This document shows positions 18,333 to 27,308 of a DNA stretch of 64,000 nucleotides, one piece after another. The position numbers were made by a program, and so were the translations under genes. Source of the stretch: an uncultured Candidatus Saccharibacteria bacterium (lineage in GTDB: Bacteria; Patescibacteriota; Minisyncoccia; JAHISW01; Tagabacteraceae); assembly GCA_964601305.1 (NCBI GenBank), contig CAZRMW010000003.1, positions 3,116 through 67,115 of the forward strand. The letters run 5' to 3'. The first letter of the stretch is position 1; each line of letters opens with the position of its first letter. A model generated the notes under the pieces. It had not been told where the DNA came from and ran no database searches. It was given only the letters and a program-made list of their open reading frames with translations.

Positions 18333-19327
18333 AAACGCATTACAACTTTGTATGAAGGCCAGCCAAGTGCTTGAAAATGATGATGAATGGGTGCCGCTTT
18401 AAAAACTTTTTTACCTCTAGTTTTTTTAGAAAAGATTTGAATAATGTCTGACGCAGTTGTGGCGGCTAGCGGAAAAGCAATAATAGGTAAAACCAAAACA
18501 GAGTCTGTAAAAAAGGCAATCACGGTTAGCGTGGCAGTGAGGCCAAGCATACCTGTTTCGCTCATATAAAATCTTGCTGGAGGAATATTAAACCACAAGA
18601 ATGCTAAAATTGCGCCAGTAACAACAGCGCAAAAAGTAGCTAAGTCTATTTGGTTTTGAAAAAATGCTATCCCAGTGTACGCAGCAAAAATAGAAGCCAT
18701 AATACCTCCAGAAAGCCCGTCTAATCCATCAATTACTCCTCCGCTAAATACAGCAAGCATTACTATTATAAAAAATGGAATAAAAAGTAGACCAATATCG
18801 AAATGCCCTACAAAAGGAACAAAAACACCACTAATACCAAGTTTGTAAAAAAACCACCACCCGCCAATAAAACCAATTAGTGCCACAAGTAAAATTCTTT
18901 TGGTTAAACTAAGACCACCACCTATATACTTACCTTTTCCGCGAACCTGTAAAATATCGTCTACGAGACCTATTAAAGAAGCCGAGATAAGAGCAAAGAA
19001 AGGAAGCCAGGTTTGAGATCTGCTTAAGAAATTTAGTTTTTCAGTAAATTCTCCAGGAAAAATTTTAGAAATAAATAAAAACAAAAAACTTACAATAAGT
19101 ACGCTGGCCCAAATTACTATACCACCCATTCGTGGAGTTTTGTTTTCTTCGCCTTTTTGTAATTTACTTACCACTGTGGCGTGTTCTCCACTAAGCGCTT
19201 TTTTGCCTACAGTTTTCTTCCACGCCTTGTATTTATATAAGTAATGCGTCAAAAAAGGTGTGAGCCAAATTGCCACAAAGAAAGTAAAAGCAGATAAGCC
19301 AAATACTTTTAAAATATTTAGTCCCAT
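18275..19327 (-). CDS. mraY: phospho-N-acetylmuramoyl-pentapeptide-transferase
   Basis: The protein has 10 TM segments, the DD motifs and PIHHHFQ. Confidence 0.9.
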   Translation of the reverse strand: MGLNILKVFGLSAFTFFVAIWLTPFLTHYLYKYKAWKKTVGKKALSGEHATVVSKLQKGEENKTPRMGGIVIWASVLIVSFLFLFISKIFPGEFTEKLNFLSRSQTWLPFFALISASLIGLVDDILQVRGKGKYIGGGLSLTKRILLVALIGFIGGWWFFYKLGISGVFVPFVGHFDIGLLFIPFFIIVMLAVFSGGVIDGLDGLSGGIMASIFAAYTGIAFFQNQIDLATFCAVVTGAILAFLWFNIPPARFYMSETGMLGLTATLTVIAFFTDSVLVLPIIAFPLAATTASDIIQIFSKKTRGKKVFKAAPIHHHFQALGWPSYKVVMRFWIIGIVCAIVGMVIILVG

Positions 19328-19758
19328 TATTTTTTAATAAAATTTTCTATATGTTTAATAAACTTGTTAAAATCGTCTAGGTCTTTTTTTATGGTAGACA
19401 AAATTTCTTCTGGTTCAACTTTCCAATATAAGTGTACTAATCTATTTCTATATCCAGCCATGCCCTTTATTTTTTCAGCAAAATTTTCTGGGATTACTTC
19501 GTATTTTCCAAGAGATAAAATAACTTGAGTGTAGTCTTTTTTCTTTCCGTTTGTAGGAATTCTAGCTAAAATATGAGTGCCGATTGTTAAAACAGCTTCC
19601 AAAGCCACTCTCAAATGAAAACATGCCAAAGAATAATTATCTTGGTTTTTTGTAAATTCTTTTGCGCTCATCTTCTCAAATTTTTCTAATTCCAAAATAG
19701 AGGCCCGAATATCTGCTATTCTTTCAATAATTTTTTCTTTGTTTAGATTTTTGATCAT
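19327..19758 (-). CDS. hepT: HepT-like HEPN-domain toxin (DUF86, nucleotidyltransferase-substrate-binding family)
   Basis: The R-x4-H HEPN motif YRNRLVHLY is present. The protein is 143 aa and sits immediately downstream of an MNT gene. Confidence 0.7.
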   Translation of the reverse strand: MIKNLNKEKIIERIADIRASILELEKFEKMSAKEFTKNQDNYSLACFHLRVALEAVLTIGTHILARIPTNGKKKDYTQVILSLGKYEVIPENFAEKIKGMAGYRNRLVHLYWKVEPEEILSTIKKDLDDFNKFIKHIENFIKK

Positions 19759-19775
19759 TTTTATTTTTATATAAA

Positions 19776-20339
19776 TTAAGATTGAGACGAAATAGCTAGT
19801 ACTCCCTTAAAGTACTCGTCTATAAAAAATTTATAGTCTCTATAATGATTAATAATTTTTTCTTTAAAGTTGAATGAATTTTCTAAGTTTTTTGTATAAA
19901 TTAATTCTCCTTCAGAAATGATTCGAAACTGAAAATGAAGAGGCACTTCTTCTACAAAGACTAAGTCAATTTTCTTGCCACCAAAACAAGTTGTTAGTTC
20001 AGAAAAAATATTTCCGTAGATTTTTCCTTTTCTTTCTTTTTTTGGCAAACCTTTTTCAAATATTATACCAATATCAAAATCACTTTCTGGGTGTGTGTCG
20101 CCAGAAATTTGAGAGCCAAAAAAATAAATATCAGATAAGCTGTATTTTTCAGCAATTATCTTTAACTCTTTTTTATTAAATTTTATTGCCATACCTACAT
20201 TATGCCCTAAATTAAAAAAATTTAAAACACAAAAAACCTTGACATTTGAATATTTTTGTGATAATTTTTGAAACAGAAATTTATATAGATTTAAAATGTT
20301 AAAAATATTGAAGGAGGTGCTAAGTGGCTGAAGAAACAA
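19776..20339 (-). CDS. mntA: MntA-like minimal nucleotidyltransferase antitoxin; probable true start at the internal ATG ~20192 (MAIKFNKKEL...)
   Basis: The GS-x9-D-x-D motif YFFGSQISGDTHPESDFDIGI is present. The upstream part of the long ORF overlaps a plus-strand promoter. Confidence 0.7.
   Translation of the reverse strand: MFLQPLSTSFNIFNILNLYKFLFQKLSQKYSNVKVFCVLNFFNLGHNVGMAIKFNKKELKIIAEKYSLSDIYFFGSQISGDTHPESDFDIGIIFEKGLPKKERKGKIYGNIFSELTTCFGGKKIDLVFVEEVPLHFQFRIISEGELIYTKNLENSFNFKEKIINHYRDYKFFIDEYFKGVLAISSQS
20239..20266 (+). promoter_or_regulatory. sigma70-like promoter for the 20324 gene (TTGACA-N16-ATAATT; the alternative GATAAT gives N15)
   Basis: TTGACA is at 20239-20244. It is followed by a GGAGGT SD and a GTG start. 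Confidence 0.45.
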
Positions 20340-20815
20340 AAAAGGCGATTGTTGAAGAGCTATTTGCCGAAGGAATGACGAGCCCTATAGAAATTCGTAA
20401 AAAGACGGGATTTAGTTATGGATATGTTAGAAACATTGTCTCTGATATTAAGAGTCCGGGAAGTTTTAAAAAAAGTCGAGAGAAATATTTTAAGACAAAA
20501 AAAGGACAGAGTGTAAGGAAAAGGGCAATAGATAAATGGAGAGGAAACAACCCGGACAAGGTAAGAGCTCATAGGAAAAAATGGAGAAATAATAATCCAG
20601 ATAAAGTAATGGTGCAAAACAACAAAAGATACAGAAACAGACAAGAAGAAACTATCCCGACAGCAGATAATCGTTATCAAGAGTGGACTGTCGAAGAGAT
20701 AAAATTTCTCGAAAAAAATAAAGAAAAAAACACAATAAAAGAAATGGCCCTGGCTTTAAACAGAACTTATGGAGGGGTGAATGGAGCACTTACACGCTTC
20801 AACCTTCGTGCTTAG
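20324..20815 (+). CDS. hypothetical protein with an N-terminal HTH-like region and internal tandem repeat (KWRGNNPDKV / KWRNNNPDKV)
   Basis: It has a GTG start with a strong SD. A 36-nt tandem duplication lies inside the gene. Confidence 0.5.
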   Translation: MAEETKKAIVEELFAEGMTSPIEIRKKTGFSYGYVRNIVSDIKSPGSFKKSREKYFKTKKGQSVRKRAIDKWRGNNPDKVRAHRKKWRNNNPDKVMVQNNKRYRNRQEETIPTADNRYQEWTVEEIKFLEKNKEKNTIKEMALALNRTYGGVNGALTRFNLRA

Positions 20816-20898
20816 GTCAAAGCATACAAGCTCCCACAGAAAAGTTTTTTCTGCGGGAGTAAAAATTTACTTAATTTTAAATTTGGAAAATACAAATT

Positions 20899-21816
20899 TT
20901 ATTTTACAAATGTTTTGTGTAAGGTTTTTACATCTTCAAATCTTCCTTCAAGAGAAGATCCGAGTATTGTAATTATAACTGGGTTTGCTAAGCCCCTATT
21001 TACAACTACGGACAAATTGCCTCCTGCTGTGTCGCTAAATCCAGTTTTGCCACCAAGTAGCACTGGCAAATCAAAGATAATTTTGTTGGTGTTTTTAAAC
21101 TCTTTGCCATTTAAGATTATTTTTTCTCTAGACGTAGCTTCTAATATGTTTGGATAATTTTTGAGCATATAAGCCATCATACTTGTCATATCTTTGCAGG
21201 AACCAAAATTGCTGGCCACAGTGTCGTTTTCTAAATCCAAACCAGATGTATTTTGAAAAGAAGTTTGGTTTAATTGCATTTCCCCTGCTTTTCTATTCAT
21301 AAGTTTTACAAATTTTGTATCTGTAATCTCATTTCCTTCTCTTAGAGACGAAGCTACAGCAAAGGCAGCATCGTTTGACGAAGAAATAAGCATGGCTTTT
21401 AGGATATCGTTTAGTTGCCACCTTGCCCCTACGTCTAGTCCGTTGTCTCCTTCTTTTAGTAGCGCTTCTTTAGAAATTAATACAGTAGTAGATTCTAGTA
21501 AATTTTCCTTAGCCGTAATTGCCGTCATAATTTTTGTTAAGCTGGCAAGCGGAAGCCTTTTGTTTAGATTTTTTTCAAAAACAAATTTATTTTCTGAAAC
21601 ATCAAAAACACATCCAGATGTCGCTTCTATTTCTATATTTATTTTTGGCGACAATTCTGCCGTTTCTTTTTTATTTATCGATTCAGAAACATTTGCTAAA
21701 GTCTTATCTTTATTTTTGGAATATTGTGGAGCAATAAAGTTTAATCCAGCCAAAAAAACCAAAGCCAAAACAACCTTCAAGATATCTTTTAAAAAATTCG
21801 TTTTTTCTTTGCTCAT
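20899..21816 (-). CDS. D-alanyl-D-alanine carboxypeptidase (serine-type, peptidase S11/PBP5-like)
   Basis: SLTK (SxxK), SSSN (SxN) and KTG motifs are present. An N-terminal signal/TM is present. Confidence 0.8.
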   Translation of the reverse strand: MSKEKTNFLKDILKVVLALVFLAGLNFIAPQYSKNKDKTLANVSESINKKETAELSPKINIEIEATSGCVFDVSENKFVFEKNLNKRLPLASLTKIMTAITAKENLLESTTVLISKEALLKEGDNGLDVGARWQLNDILKAMLISSSNDAAFAVASSLREGNEITDTKFVKLMNRKAGEMQLNQTSFQNTSGLDLENDTVASNFGSCKDMTSMMAYMLKNYPNILEATSREKIILNGKEFKNTNKIIFDLPVLLGGKTGFSDTAGGNLSVVVNRGLANPVIITILGSSLEGRFEDVKTLHKTFVK

Positions 21817-21822
21817 TATTCT

Positions 21823-22359
21823 TTATTCCTGTGGGTTGTTTATAATTTCTAAAATTTCTTTGTAGTGTTTTGTGTAGCTTGGCAGATCTTCTTTTTCTTT
21901 AATCCCCAAATATTGAAATAAAAGAAGAGAGGGGGTATAAACATAAGTTCGTTTGTCTTTTGGGTTTGGTTTTCTTTCAATTAGACCTTTTATTAGAAGG
22001 TTTCTCAAAGTAAATCCGGCATTAACCCCTCTTATATAGTCTATTTCCGATTTGCTTACATCTTCTTTGTATAAAATTATTGCTAGTGTTTCTAGCCCTG
22101 CTTGGCCGAGTTTTTTATCTAACTCATTTTTTGCCAACTCTTTACAAAACTTTGCAGAGTCTGAAGAAGTACCTAACATTATTTTGCCATTTTCTCTTAT
22201 TAAAACAAGTCCGCGGTTTTTTAGTTTTTCATCTAGTTCTTTCAAGGCTTCTTTTATCTCTTTTTCTTTTACACCCAAAACTTTTGCAAGCTTGTTTGTG
22301 TTTTGTGGTTCCCCTGCCAAAAAAAGGAGAGCCTCGATATCTTTTGTTAGATCATTCAT
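21823..22359 (-). CDS. scpB: segregation and condensation protein B
   Basis: The ScpB-type N-terminus LLFLAGEP is present. The protein has the winged-helix tandem organisation and is 178 aa. Confidence 0.85.
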   Translation of the reverse strand: MNDLTKDIEALLFLAGEPQNTNKLAKVLGVKEKEIKEALKELDEKLKNRGLVLIRENGKIMLGTSSDSAKFCKELAKNELDKKLGQAGLETLAIILYKEDVSKSEIDYIRGVNAGFTLRNLLIKGLIERKPNPKDKRTYVYTPSLLLFQYLGIKEKEDLPSYTKHYKEILEIINNPQE

Positions 22360-22367
22360 TTTACTGG

Positions 22368-23102
22368 TTACTCGTTATTTGTTACTTTACTAATATGTAT
22401 TTCTCCAAAATCTTCCCCTTGTTTTACAATTATAAATCCCCTTTTGGTTAATTCAAGAAGAGCTAAAAAACTCACAACAAGATCTACTTTTTGGCACTCT
22501 TTGTTTTTGTTGTGTGTATCAGAAAAGCACAGCGAAACTTTATCTTCGATTCTCTTTATAAGACTATCTATTTTTTGTTCCAAACTTATAGTCTTTTTAA
22601 CTTTTACTTCTGGTAATTTTGGTTTTGGTGGTGGAATTTTTCCCAGAGCGTTTTGTAAAGCAATTTCTAAATTTGTTTGAGACAAATCTTTCGGCTTAAT
22701 TTGTAATTGATCTAATGGTAAAATATTTTCTATTTGATAAAAAGAAGGTCTGCTAAATATTACATTTTTACCAAAAATTTTTTCGAGATCTTTTGAAATA
22801 TTTCTAAATTTTTTGTAAAGTTTTAATTTTTCTTCCAAGTCTTCTATTTCTGTCTCTTCTTCGTCTGTAAGTTTTAAAGATGGCATTAAAGAGCGGGATT
22901 TTATGAGCATAAGAGTTGCTGCTACAACGACAAAAGAAGCAACCTCTTCTGTGGGAAACTGCTCTATTTTTTTTATGTAGTCTAAGTATTGATCTGCAAT
23001 TTCTGAAAGTGAAAGTTCGTTTATAGAGAGCTTTTTCTTGTCTATAAGATCTACAAGCACTTCAAACGGCCCATTAAATTTTTCAGTCTGTATATTATAC
23101 AT
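22368..23102 (-). CDS. scpA: segregation and condensation protein A
   Basis: The N-terminus FNGPFEVLVDLIDKKKLSINELSLSEIADQYLDYI is typical of ScpA. Confidence 0.85.
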   Translation of the reverse strand: MYNIQTEKFNGPFEVLVDLIDKKKLSINELSLSEIADQYLDYIKKIEQFPTEEVASFVVVAATLMLIKSRSLMPSLKLTDEEETEIEDLEEKLKLYKKFRNISKDLEKIFGKNVIFSRPSFYQIENILPLDQLQIKPKDLSQTNLEIALQNALGKIPPPKPKLPEVKVKKTISLEQKIDSLIKRIEDKVSLCFSDTHNKNKECQKVDLVVSFLALLELTKRGFIIVKQGEDFGEIHISKVTNNE

Positions 23103-23121
23103 ATGCTCATTATAGCAGAAA

Positions 23122-23348
23122 ATAAAAAATCCCCGGAGTATTTAGTTATACCCCGAGGAATGTCCTTCAACTTCTCCGCAAGCAGCGGACACATACCGCT
23201 TGGGAAAATCCCTGTATTTGAATCTTGTCCGGGCCGGGAAGTCGCCTTGGACAGAAAGTGCTGAAACTGCCGGAATCGAACCGGTATCCCCTCCAAAACA
23301 CAGAGGTCTCTTGCCCATTAAGAAATTCATCCTCTCAATCACTTTCTA
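23122..23348 (-). ncRNA. candidate GC-rich structured RNA (~225 nt) immediately upstream of scpA; class unknown (independent sRNA or terminator-containing leader)
   Basis: A perfect-consensus promoter (TTGACA-N16-TATAAT) lies on the minus strand at 23355-23382. An intrinsic terminator (GGGGUAU...AUACUCC then GGGGAUUUUUUAUUUU) ends ~20 nt before the scpA ATG. GC content is about 50% against a ~32% background. It contains the tRNA T-arm-like CCGGUUCGAUUCCGG. Only spurious overlapping ORFs cover it. Confidence 0.45.
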
Positions 23349-23354
23349 CTCTCT

Positions 23355-23382
23355 ATTATACACATACAAAATATTTTGTCAA
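23355..23382 (-). promoter_or_regulatory. consensus sigma70 promoter (TTGACA-N16-TATAAT) on the minus strand
   Basis: On the plus strand, tgtcaa is at 23377-23382 and attata at 23355-23360. Confidence 0.55.
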
Positions 23383-23780
23383 CCCCTCACCTTTGCAAAG
23401 TTTTTATTCATAAAAAATACTATCAAAGGTGAGGGGTCAAGAGGTGAAATTTGAGAGCAAATTGGGAAATAAAAGTGGAACCTATTTAACGCGATAGCAG
23501 TGGATAGGTTCCATTGACAGAATTTTAAAGAAATGTTATCCATAAAACTATGGAAAATTTAATTATGAAATATAGAACAAATATTACCAAAGGTCTTAAT
23601 GGCTGGGATATTTCTGTGTGCGGAAATATGCATTTCGTGCCAGAAAATCAATATATTGGGCAAAACAGGTTAGAAACTTGAGTTAACAAACAAACTAAGT
23701 ATTTAAGGTGTCTTGCTCAACAGAGTAAGGCATTTTTAGATTTTAAGGTCTAAAAAAGTTCTTTAACAATAAAATAAATA

Positions 23781-23826
23781 AACCCTATCTGAGGGAGATC
23801 GGATCTCCCTCAGATACAAAAGGAGG
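23781..23826 (+). promoter_or_regulatory. repeat cassette copy 1: AAACCCTATCTGAGGGAGATCGGATCTCCCTCAGATAcAAAAGGAGG (31-bp perfect palindrome plus SD) directly upstream of the MFS transporter gene
   Basis: The identical 45-nt sequence recurs at 25034-25080, with one mismatch just before the SD. Confidence 0.55.
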
Positions 23827-23833
23827 CTTAAGA

Positions 23834-25015
23834 ATGGGGCGTGAAGATATGAAAAGAAATATATTACTGTATAAATGGTATGCAGTTTTGAGTGAACCGG
23901 TTTTTTGGGGACCAACCATTATTCTCTTTATACAAAATGCTGGGAAAATGAGTTTGCCAGAAATCTATTTGATGGAAGCAATTGTGTTGGGATTTATGGT
24001 CTTGTTAGAAATACCATCAGGAGCCTTAGCAGATATTGTTGGAAGAAAGAAAACAATTCTTACCGGTCAGTTTTTTGTTTTAATAAGTGTGATACTTTTA
24101 GCATTTATTAATTCATCAACAGATGTTTGGATTTCTAATTTTGTCTGCATGATAGGAATGGTGTGTCGTTCTGGAGCAGATTCTGCACTTCTGTATGACT
24201 CACTAAAAGAAATTGGCAGAGAGATTGATTATCAAGAAATACAAGGCAATGCTTTGGGAAATAAGTTGTTAGCTTATGCTTTTTGTTCTTTGGTGGTTGG
24301 ATTTCTTTCAGAGATAGACTTGAGACTACCGTTTTTTCTTGCCATCCCTTGGGTAGCCACTTCTTGTTTTTTAATTTTCTGTTTTAAAGAACCGGTTTAT
24401 ACTCAAAAATTTAGTTTTAAAAAACAAGCAGACTTAATGAAAACAAGTATAAGGTTTGTTTTAAACAGTAGGCCTGTTAAGTGGATCATTATTTTTGTAG
24501 TTTTAATATCTGTTTCTTCACAGATTTGGTTTTATAGCTATAATCTATATTTCGAACTAGTAAATCTTGGATTAAGGTATTACGGAATTATTTTTTTCTT
24601 ATTAAATATCATTGCTTGTTTTTTTAGTCGCAATGCATATAAAATAGAAAAAAAATTTAACGAACAACTATGTATTGTTAGCATGATTTTGCTTATAGGG
24701 ATCCCTGTTTTGTTGATGGGATTGATTGTTATAAAAGAGATAGTTATTTTGGTGTTGCTACAAAATGTAGTCCGTGGTTTTATGGAGCCATTTTGGGGAG
24801 GATTTTTAAACAAACATATAGATACTGAAAACAGGGCGACTGTTATATCAATTAAGTCAGCTTTTGGTGGTTTTGTAGCTATCGTTTCTTATTCTTTGTT
24901 TGGATTTATTTTAGAAATTTGGACATTAACCTTTTGTTTACAAGCTCTCGGAATAACGGTGTTGTTTTTTGGAGTAATTATGGTTGTGTGGTATAGAAAA
25001 ATTTTCAAACCCTAA
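23834..25015 (+). CDS. MFS-type transporter
   Basis: The protein has ~12 predicted TM helices and an MFS-like D-R/K motif region (GALADIVGRKK). Confidence 0.7.
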   Translation: MGREDMKRNILLYKWYAVLSEPVFWGPTIILFIQNAGKMSLPEIYLMEAIVLGFMVLLEIPSGALADIVGRKKTILTGQFFVLISVILLAFINSSTDVWISNFVCMIGMVCRSGADSALLYDSLKEIGREIDYQEIQGNALGNKLLAYAFCSLVVGFLSEIDLRLPFFLAIPWVATSCFLIFCFKEPVYTQKFSFKKQADLMKTSIRFVLNSRPVKWIIIFVVLISVSSQIWFYSYNLYFELVNLGLRYYGIIFFLLNIIACFFSRNAYKIEKKFNEQLCIVSMILLIGIPVLLMGLIVIKEIVILVLLQNVVRGFMEPFWGGFLNKHIDTENRATVISIKSAFGGFVAIVSYSLFGFILEIWTLTFCLQALGITVLFFGVIMVVWYRKIFKP

Positions 25016-25033
25016 ACCCAAACTTAACTCAAA

Positions 25034-25080
25034 AAACCCTATCTGAGGGAGATCGGATCTCCCTCAGATATAAAAGGAGG
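25034..25080 (+). promoter_or_regulatory. repeat cassette copy 2 (palindrome TATCTGAGGGAGATCGGATCTCCCTCAGATA plus AAAAGGAGG SD) directly upstream of the GNAT gene
   Basis: It is an exact repeat of the 23781-23826 element. Confidence 0.55.
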
Positions 25081-25084
25081 AGAA

Positions 25085-25672
25085 ATGGAAACGAAAAAAC
25101 AAAGAATAATTTTTTTGGAAGGAAAGAAGGTTGTTTTAAGACCGCTAAACAAAAAAACAGATTTGGAAAATGTTACGAAATGGATAAATGACCGAGAAGT
25201 TGTGCAATATTTGCAAGCATTTTTACCAAAAACTTTCCAAGAAGAGAAAGAGTGGCTTAGCAGAAAAAACGATGAAAAAAATATTGTTTTAGCTATAGAA
25301 ACAACCAAGGGAATTCATATTGGAAGCCTGGGTCTACATAACATTGATTCAATACATAGAGTTGTTACGTTTGGAATTATGATAGGAGAAAAAGAGTATT
25401 GGGGAAAAAGATATGGTACAGAGGCCCTGATGCTACTTCTTGAATATGCATTTAACACTTTGAATTTAAGAAAAGTTTGTTTAGATGTGTTTGCTTTCAA
25501 TAACCGCGCAAAAAAAGTCTATGAAAAATGTGGATTTAAAAAAGAAGGTGTCATGAAAGAACACCATTATGTAAACGGTAAATACATAGATGTTGTTTTT
25601 ATGGCAGTTTTTAAAAAAGACTTTCTCAAAATCTGGGAGAAATATTTAACTAGTGAGGTTGAACCTCGCTAG
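25085..25672 (+). CDS. GNAT-family N-acetyltransferase (RimJ/RimL-like)
   Basis: The N-terminal motif RIIFLEGKKVVLRPL ... DLENVTKWINDREVVQYL is RimJ/L-like. An acetyl-CoA binding region is present. Confidence 0.8.
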   Translation: METKKQRIIFLEGKKVVLRPLNKKTDLENVTKWINDREVVQYLQAFLPKTFQEEKEWLSRKNDEKNIVLAIETTKGIHIGSLGLHNIDSIHRVVTFGIMIGEKEYWGKRYGTEALMLLLEYAFNTLNLRKVCLDVFAFNNRAKKVYEKCGFKKEGVMKEHHYVNGKYIDVVFMAVFKKDFLKIWEKYLTSEVEPR

Positions 25673-25674
25673 TT
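25648..25674. repeat. 27-nt exact repeat AACTAGTGAGGTTGAACCTCGCTAGTT (copy 1, supplies the last 8 codons and stop of the GNAT gene)
   Basis: An identical copy lies at 56716-56742 in an intergenic region. It is an imperfect palindrome and can form a hairpin. Confidence 0.6.
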
Positions 25675-25687
25675 ATTGAAAAAATAA

Positions 25688-25754
25688 AAGGTACAAAGTT
25701 AAGCGACCCCGCCTAAGGCGGACAAGCGCATATTTTGTACCTTTTTTTATTTTG
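25688..25754 (+). terminator. intrinsic terminator (AAAGGTACAAA...TTTGTACCTTT followed by a T-run, with an inner CCGCCTAAGGCGG hairpin)
   Basis: It was read directly from the sequence. Confidence 0.55.
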
Positions 25755-25916
25755 TCTGTAAATTTTTACGTTAACGTTGGAATTTAAAACTTCGTTTTAT
25801 TTTTATGTTTTTATCTACAAAAATCACACAACTGTGGTTATCGCCAGTTATAGGTGATTTTATTTTACAAGCAAAAAACTTTATAAAGCTTCTTTTTTGT
25901 GGTTCGAGAGTTTTGT

Positions 25917-27305
25917 CTATTGTTTGTTAATTTTAATTCCCAGTTCTTTGAGTTGTTCATCGCTGATTTCTGCTGGGGCGTCTACCATTAGGTCCCGCCC
26001 ATCGCCTGTTTTTGGAAAAGCAATTACTTCACGAATGTTTGGCTCGTTTTGTAGTATGGCAATAAGTCTGTCCATACCAAAAGCTATCCCCCCATGCGGT
26101 GGCGCGCCAAACTCAAGGGCTTTTAGCATATGCCCAAAATCTTTTTCTATATTTTCTTCGCTATGGCCTATTATTTCCAGCACAGCTTTTAGTGCCTTCG
26201 GATTATGGTTTCTAATACTTCCTCCGCCAATTTCAAAACCATTTAGCACTATGTCGTATTGAGCGGCAATAATGCCTTCTATATTTTTCTTTTCCATTAA
26301 ATCTTTTTCAGATTCGGGTATTGCTGCAGAAAATGGATTGTGTGTAAAAGTCCACTTATCGTTTTTATCTTTCTCAAAGAAAGGAAAATCTACTATCCAG
26401 CAAAAAGCTAGTTCGTCTTCCTCGTTTTCTCTCAAATCTGGCCTGTCTGTGCCATATTTTTCTATTGCATCTTTGTAAGAAATTCTTGGGAAAGGAACTT
26501 CTTTTATTTTCTTTTCTGGATATAGTTTTTTTACCATATCTATCATAAGTTTTTCGTTTAATGCCATTGCACCCTCTCTACCAACAAAAGACATTTCCAT
26601 ATCTAGCTGAGTAAACTCTGGTTGTCTATCTCCTCTTGTGTCTTCATCTCTGAGGCATTTGGCAAACTGAAAATACTTTTCAAACCCAGACACCATAAGA
26701 AGCTGTTTAAACTGTTGTGGAGCCTGTGGGAGCGCATAGAACTTGCCTTTTTGTAGCCTAGAAGGCACTACATAGTCTCTTGCGCCCTCTGGAGTAGCTT
26801 TGGTAAGCAGGGGTGTTTCTATTTCTATAAAACCTTCTTCAGACAGCAAATTTCTCAAAAAACGGAAAACTTCGTGGCGCATTTTAATATTTTTTTGTAG
26901 TCGTGATCTTTTGAGATCCAGATAGCGATATTTTAGTCGCACTTCTTCGTTTACATCTCGGCCATCTTGGTCTAATTCAAAGGGAGGGGTATCTGAACTG
27001 TTTAAAATTACAAGACTATTTGCTTTTAATTCTATTTTTCCAGTTTCAATTTCATCGTTTACCATGTCTTCTGGGCGATCTTTTATTTCTCCAGTTATTT
27101 CTATGGAGTCGTTGGTTCTTAAGGTGTTTGCTATTTTTAATACTTCTTTGTTTGCGGGAGTAAAAACTACTTGCAAAACACCCGTGGCATCAACAAAGTC
27201 TATAAAAATTAGTTTGCCATGATCTCGCCTAGTTCCAACCCAACCATTAACTTTTACTTCTTCCCCCACATTTTCGGGGGTATTTTTAATATAAATCCTT
27301 TCCAT
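25917..27305 (-). CDS. aspS: aspartate--tRNA ligase, compact form lacking the bacterial GAD insertion
   Basis: An N-terminal OB anticodon-binding domain is present. The class II motif RDEDTRGDRQPEFTQLDMEMSF is AspRS-specific (QPEFTQ). The 462-aa length is archaeal-type. Confidence 0.8.
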   Translation of the reverse strand: MERIYIKNTPENVGEEVKVNGWVGTRRDHGKLIFIDFVDATGVLQVVFTPANKEVLKIANTLRTNDSIEITGEIKDRPEDMVNDEIETGKIELKANSLVILNSSDTPPFELDQDGRDVNEEVRLKYRYLDLKRSRLQKNIKMRHEVFRFLRNLLSEEGFIEIETPLLTKATPEGARDYVVPSRLQKGKFYALPQAPQQFKQLLMVSGFEKYFQFAKCLRDEDTRGDRQPEFTQLDMEMSFVGREGAMALNEKLMIDMVKKLYPEKKIKEVPFPRISYKDAIEKYGTDRPDLRENEEDELAFCWIVDFPFFEKDKNDKWTFTHNPFSAAIPESEKDLMEKKNIEGIIAAQYDIVLNGFEIGGGSIRNHNPKALKAVLEIIGHSEENIEKDFGHMLKALEFGAPPHGGIAFGMDRLIAILQNEPNIREVIAFPKTGDGRDLMVDAPAEISDEQLKELGIKINKQ

Positions 27306-27308
27306 ATT

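Noticed and set aside
23122-23348. Identification of the GC-rich RNA as a tRNA (Asn-GUU), an intron-containing tRNA, or a tmRNA because of the CCGGUUCGAUUCCGG T-arm-like motif.
   Set aside because: A hand-built cloverleaf fails: no workable D-arm, a mismatched acceptor stem, U at position 37, and no CCA or tag reading frame. It is left as unclassified.
23051-23454. Three overlapping ORFs (23051-23296 -, 23142-23342 -, 23200-23454 +) over the GC-rich region.
   Set aside because: They overlap each other in different frames within a region bounded by a promoter and terminator. Composition and structure fit an RNA rather than a protein.
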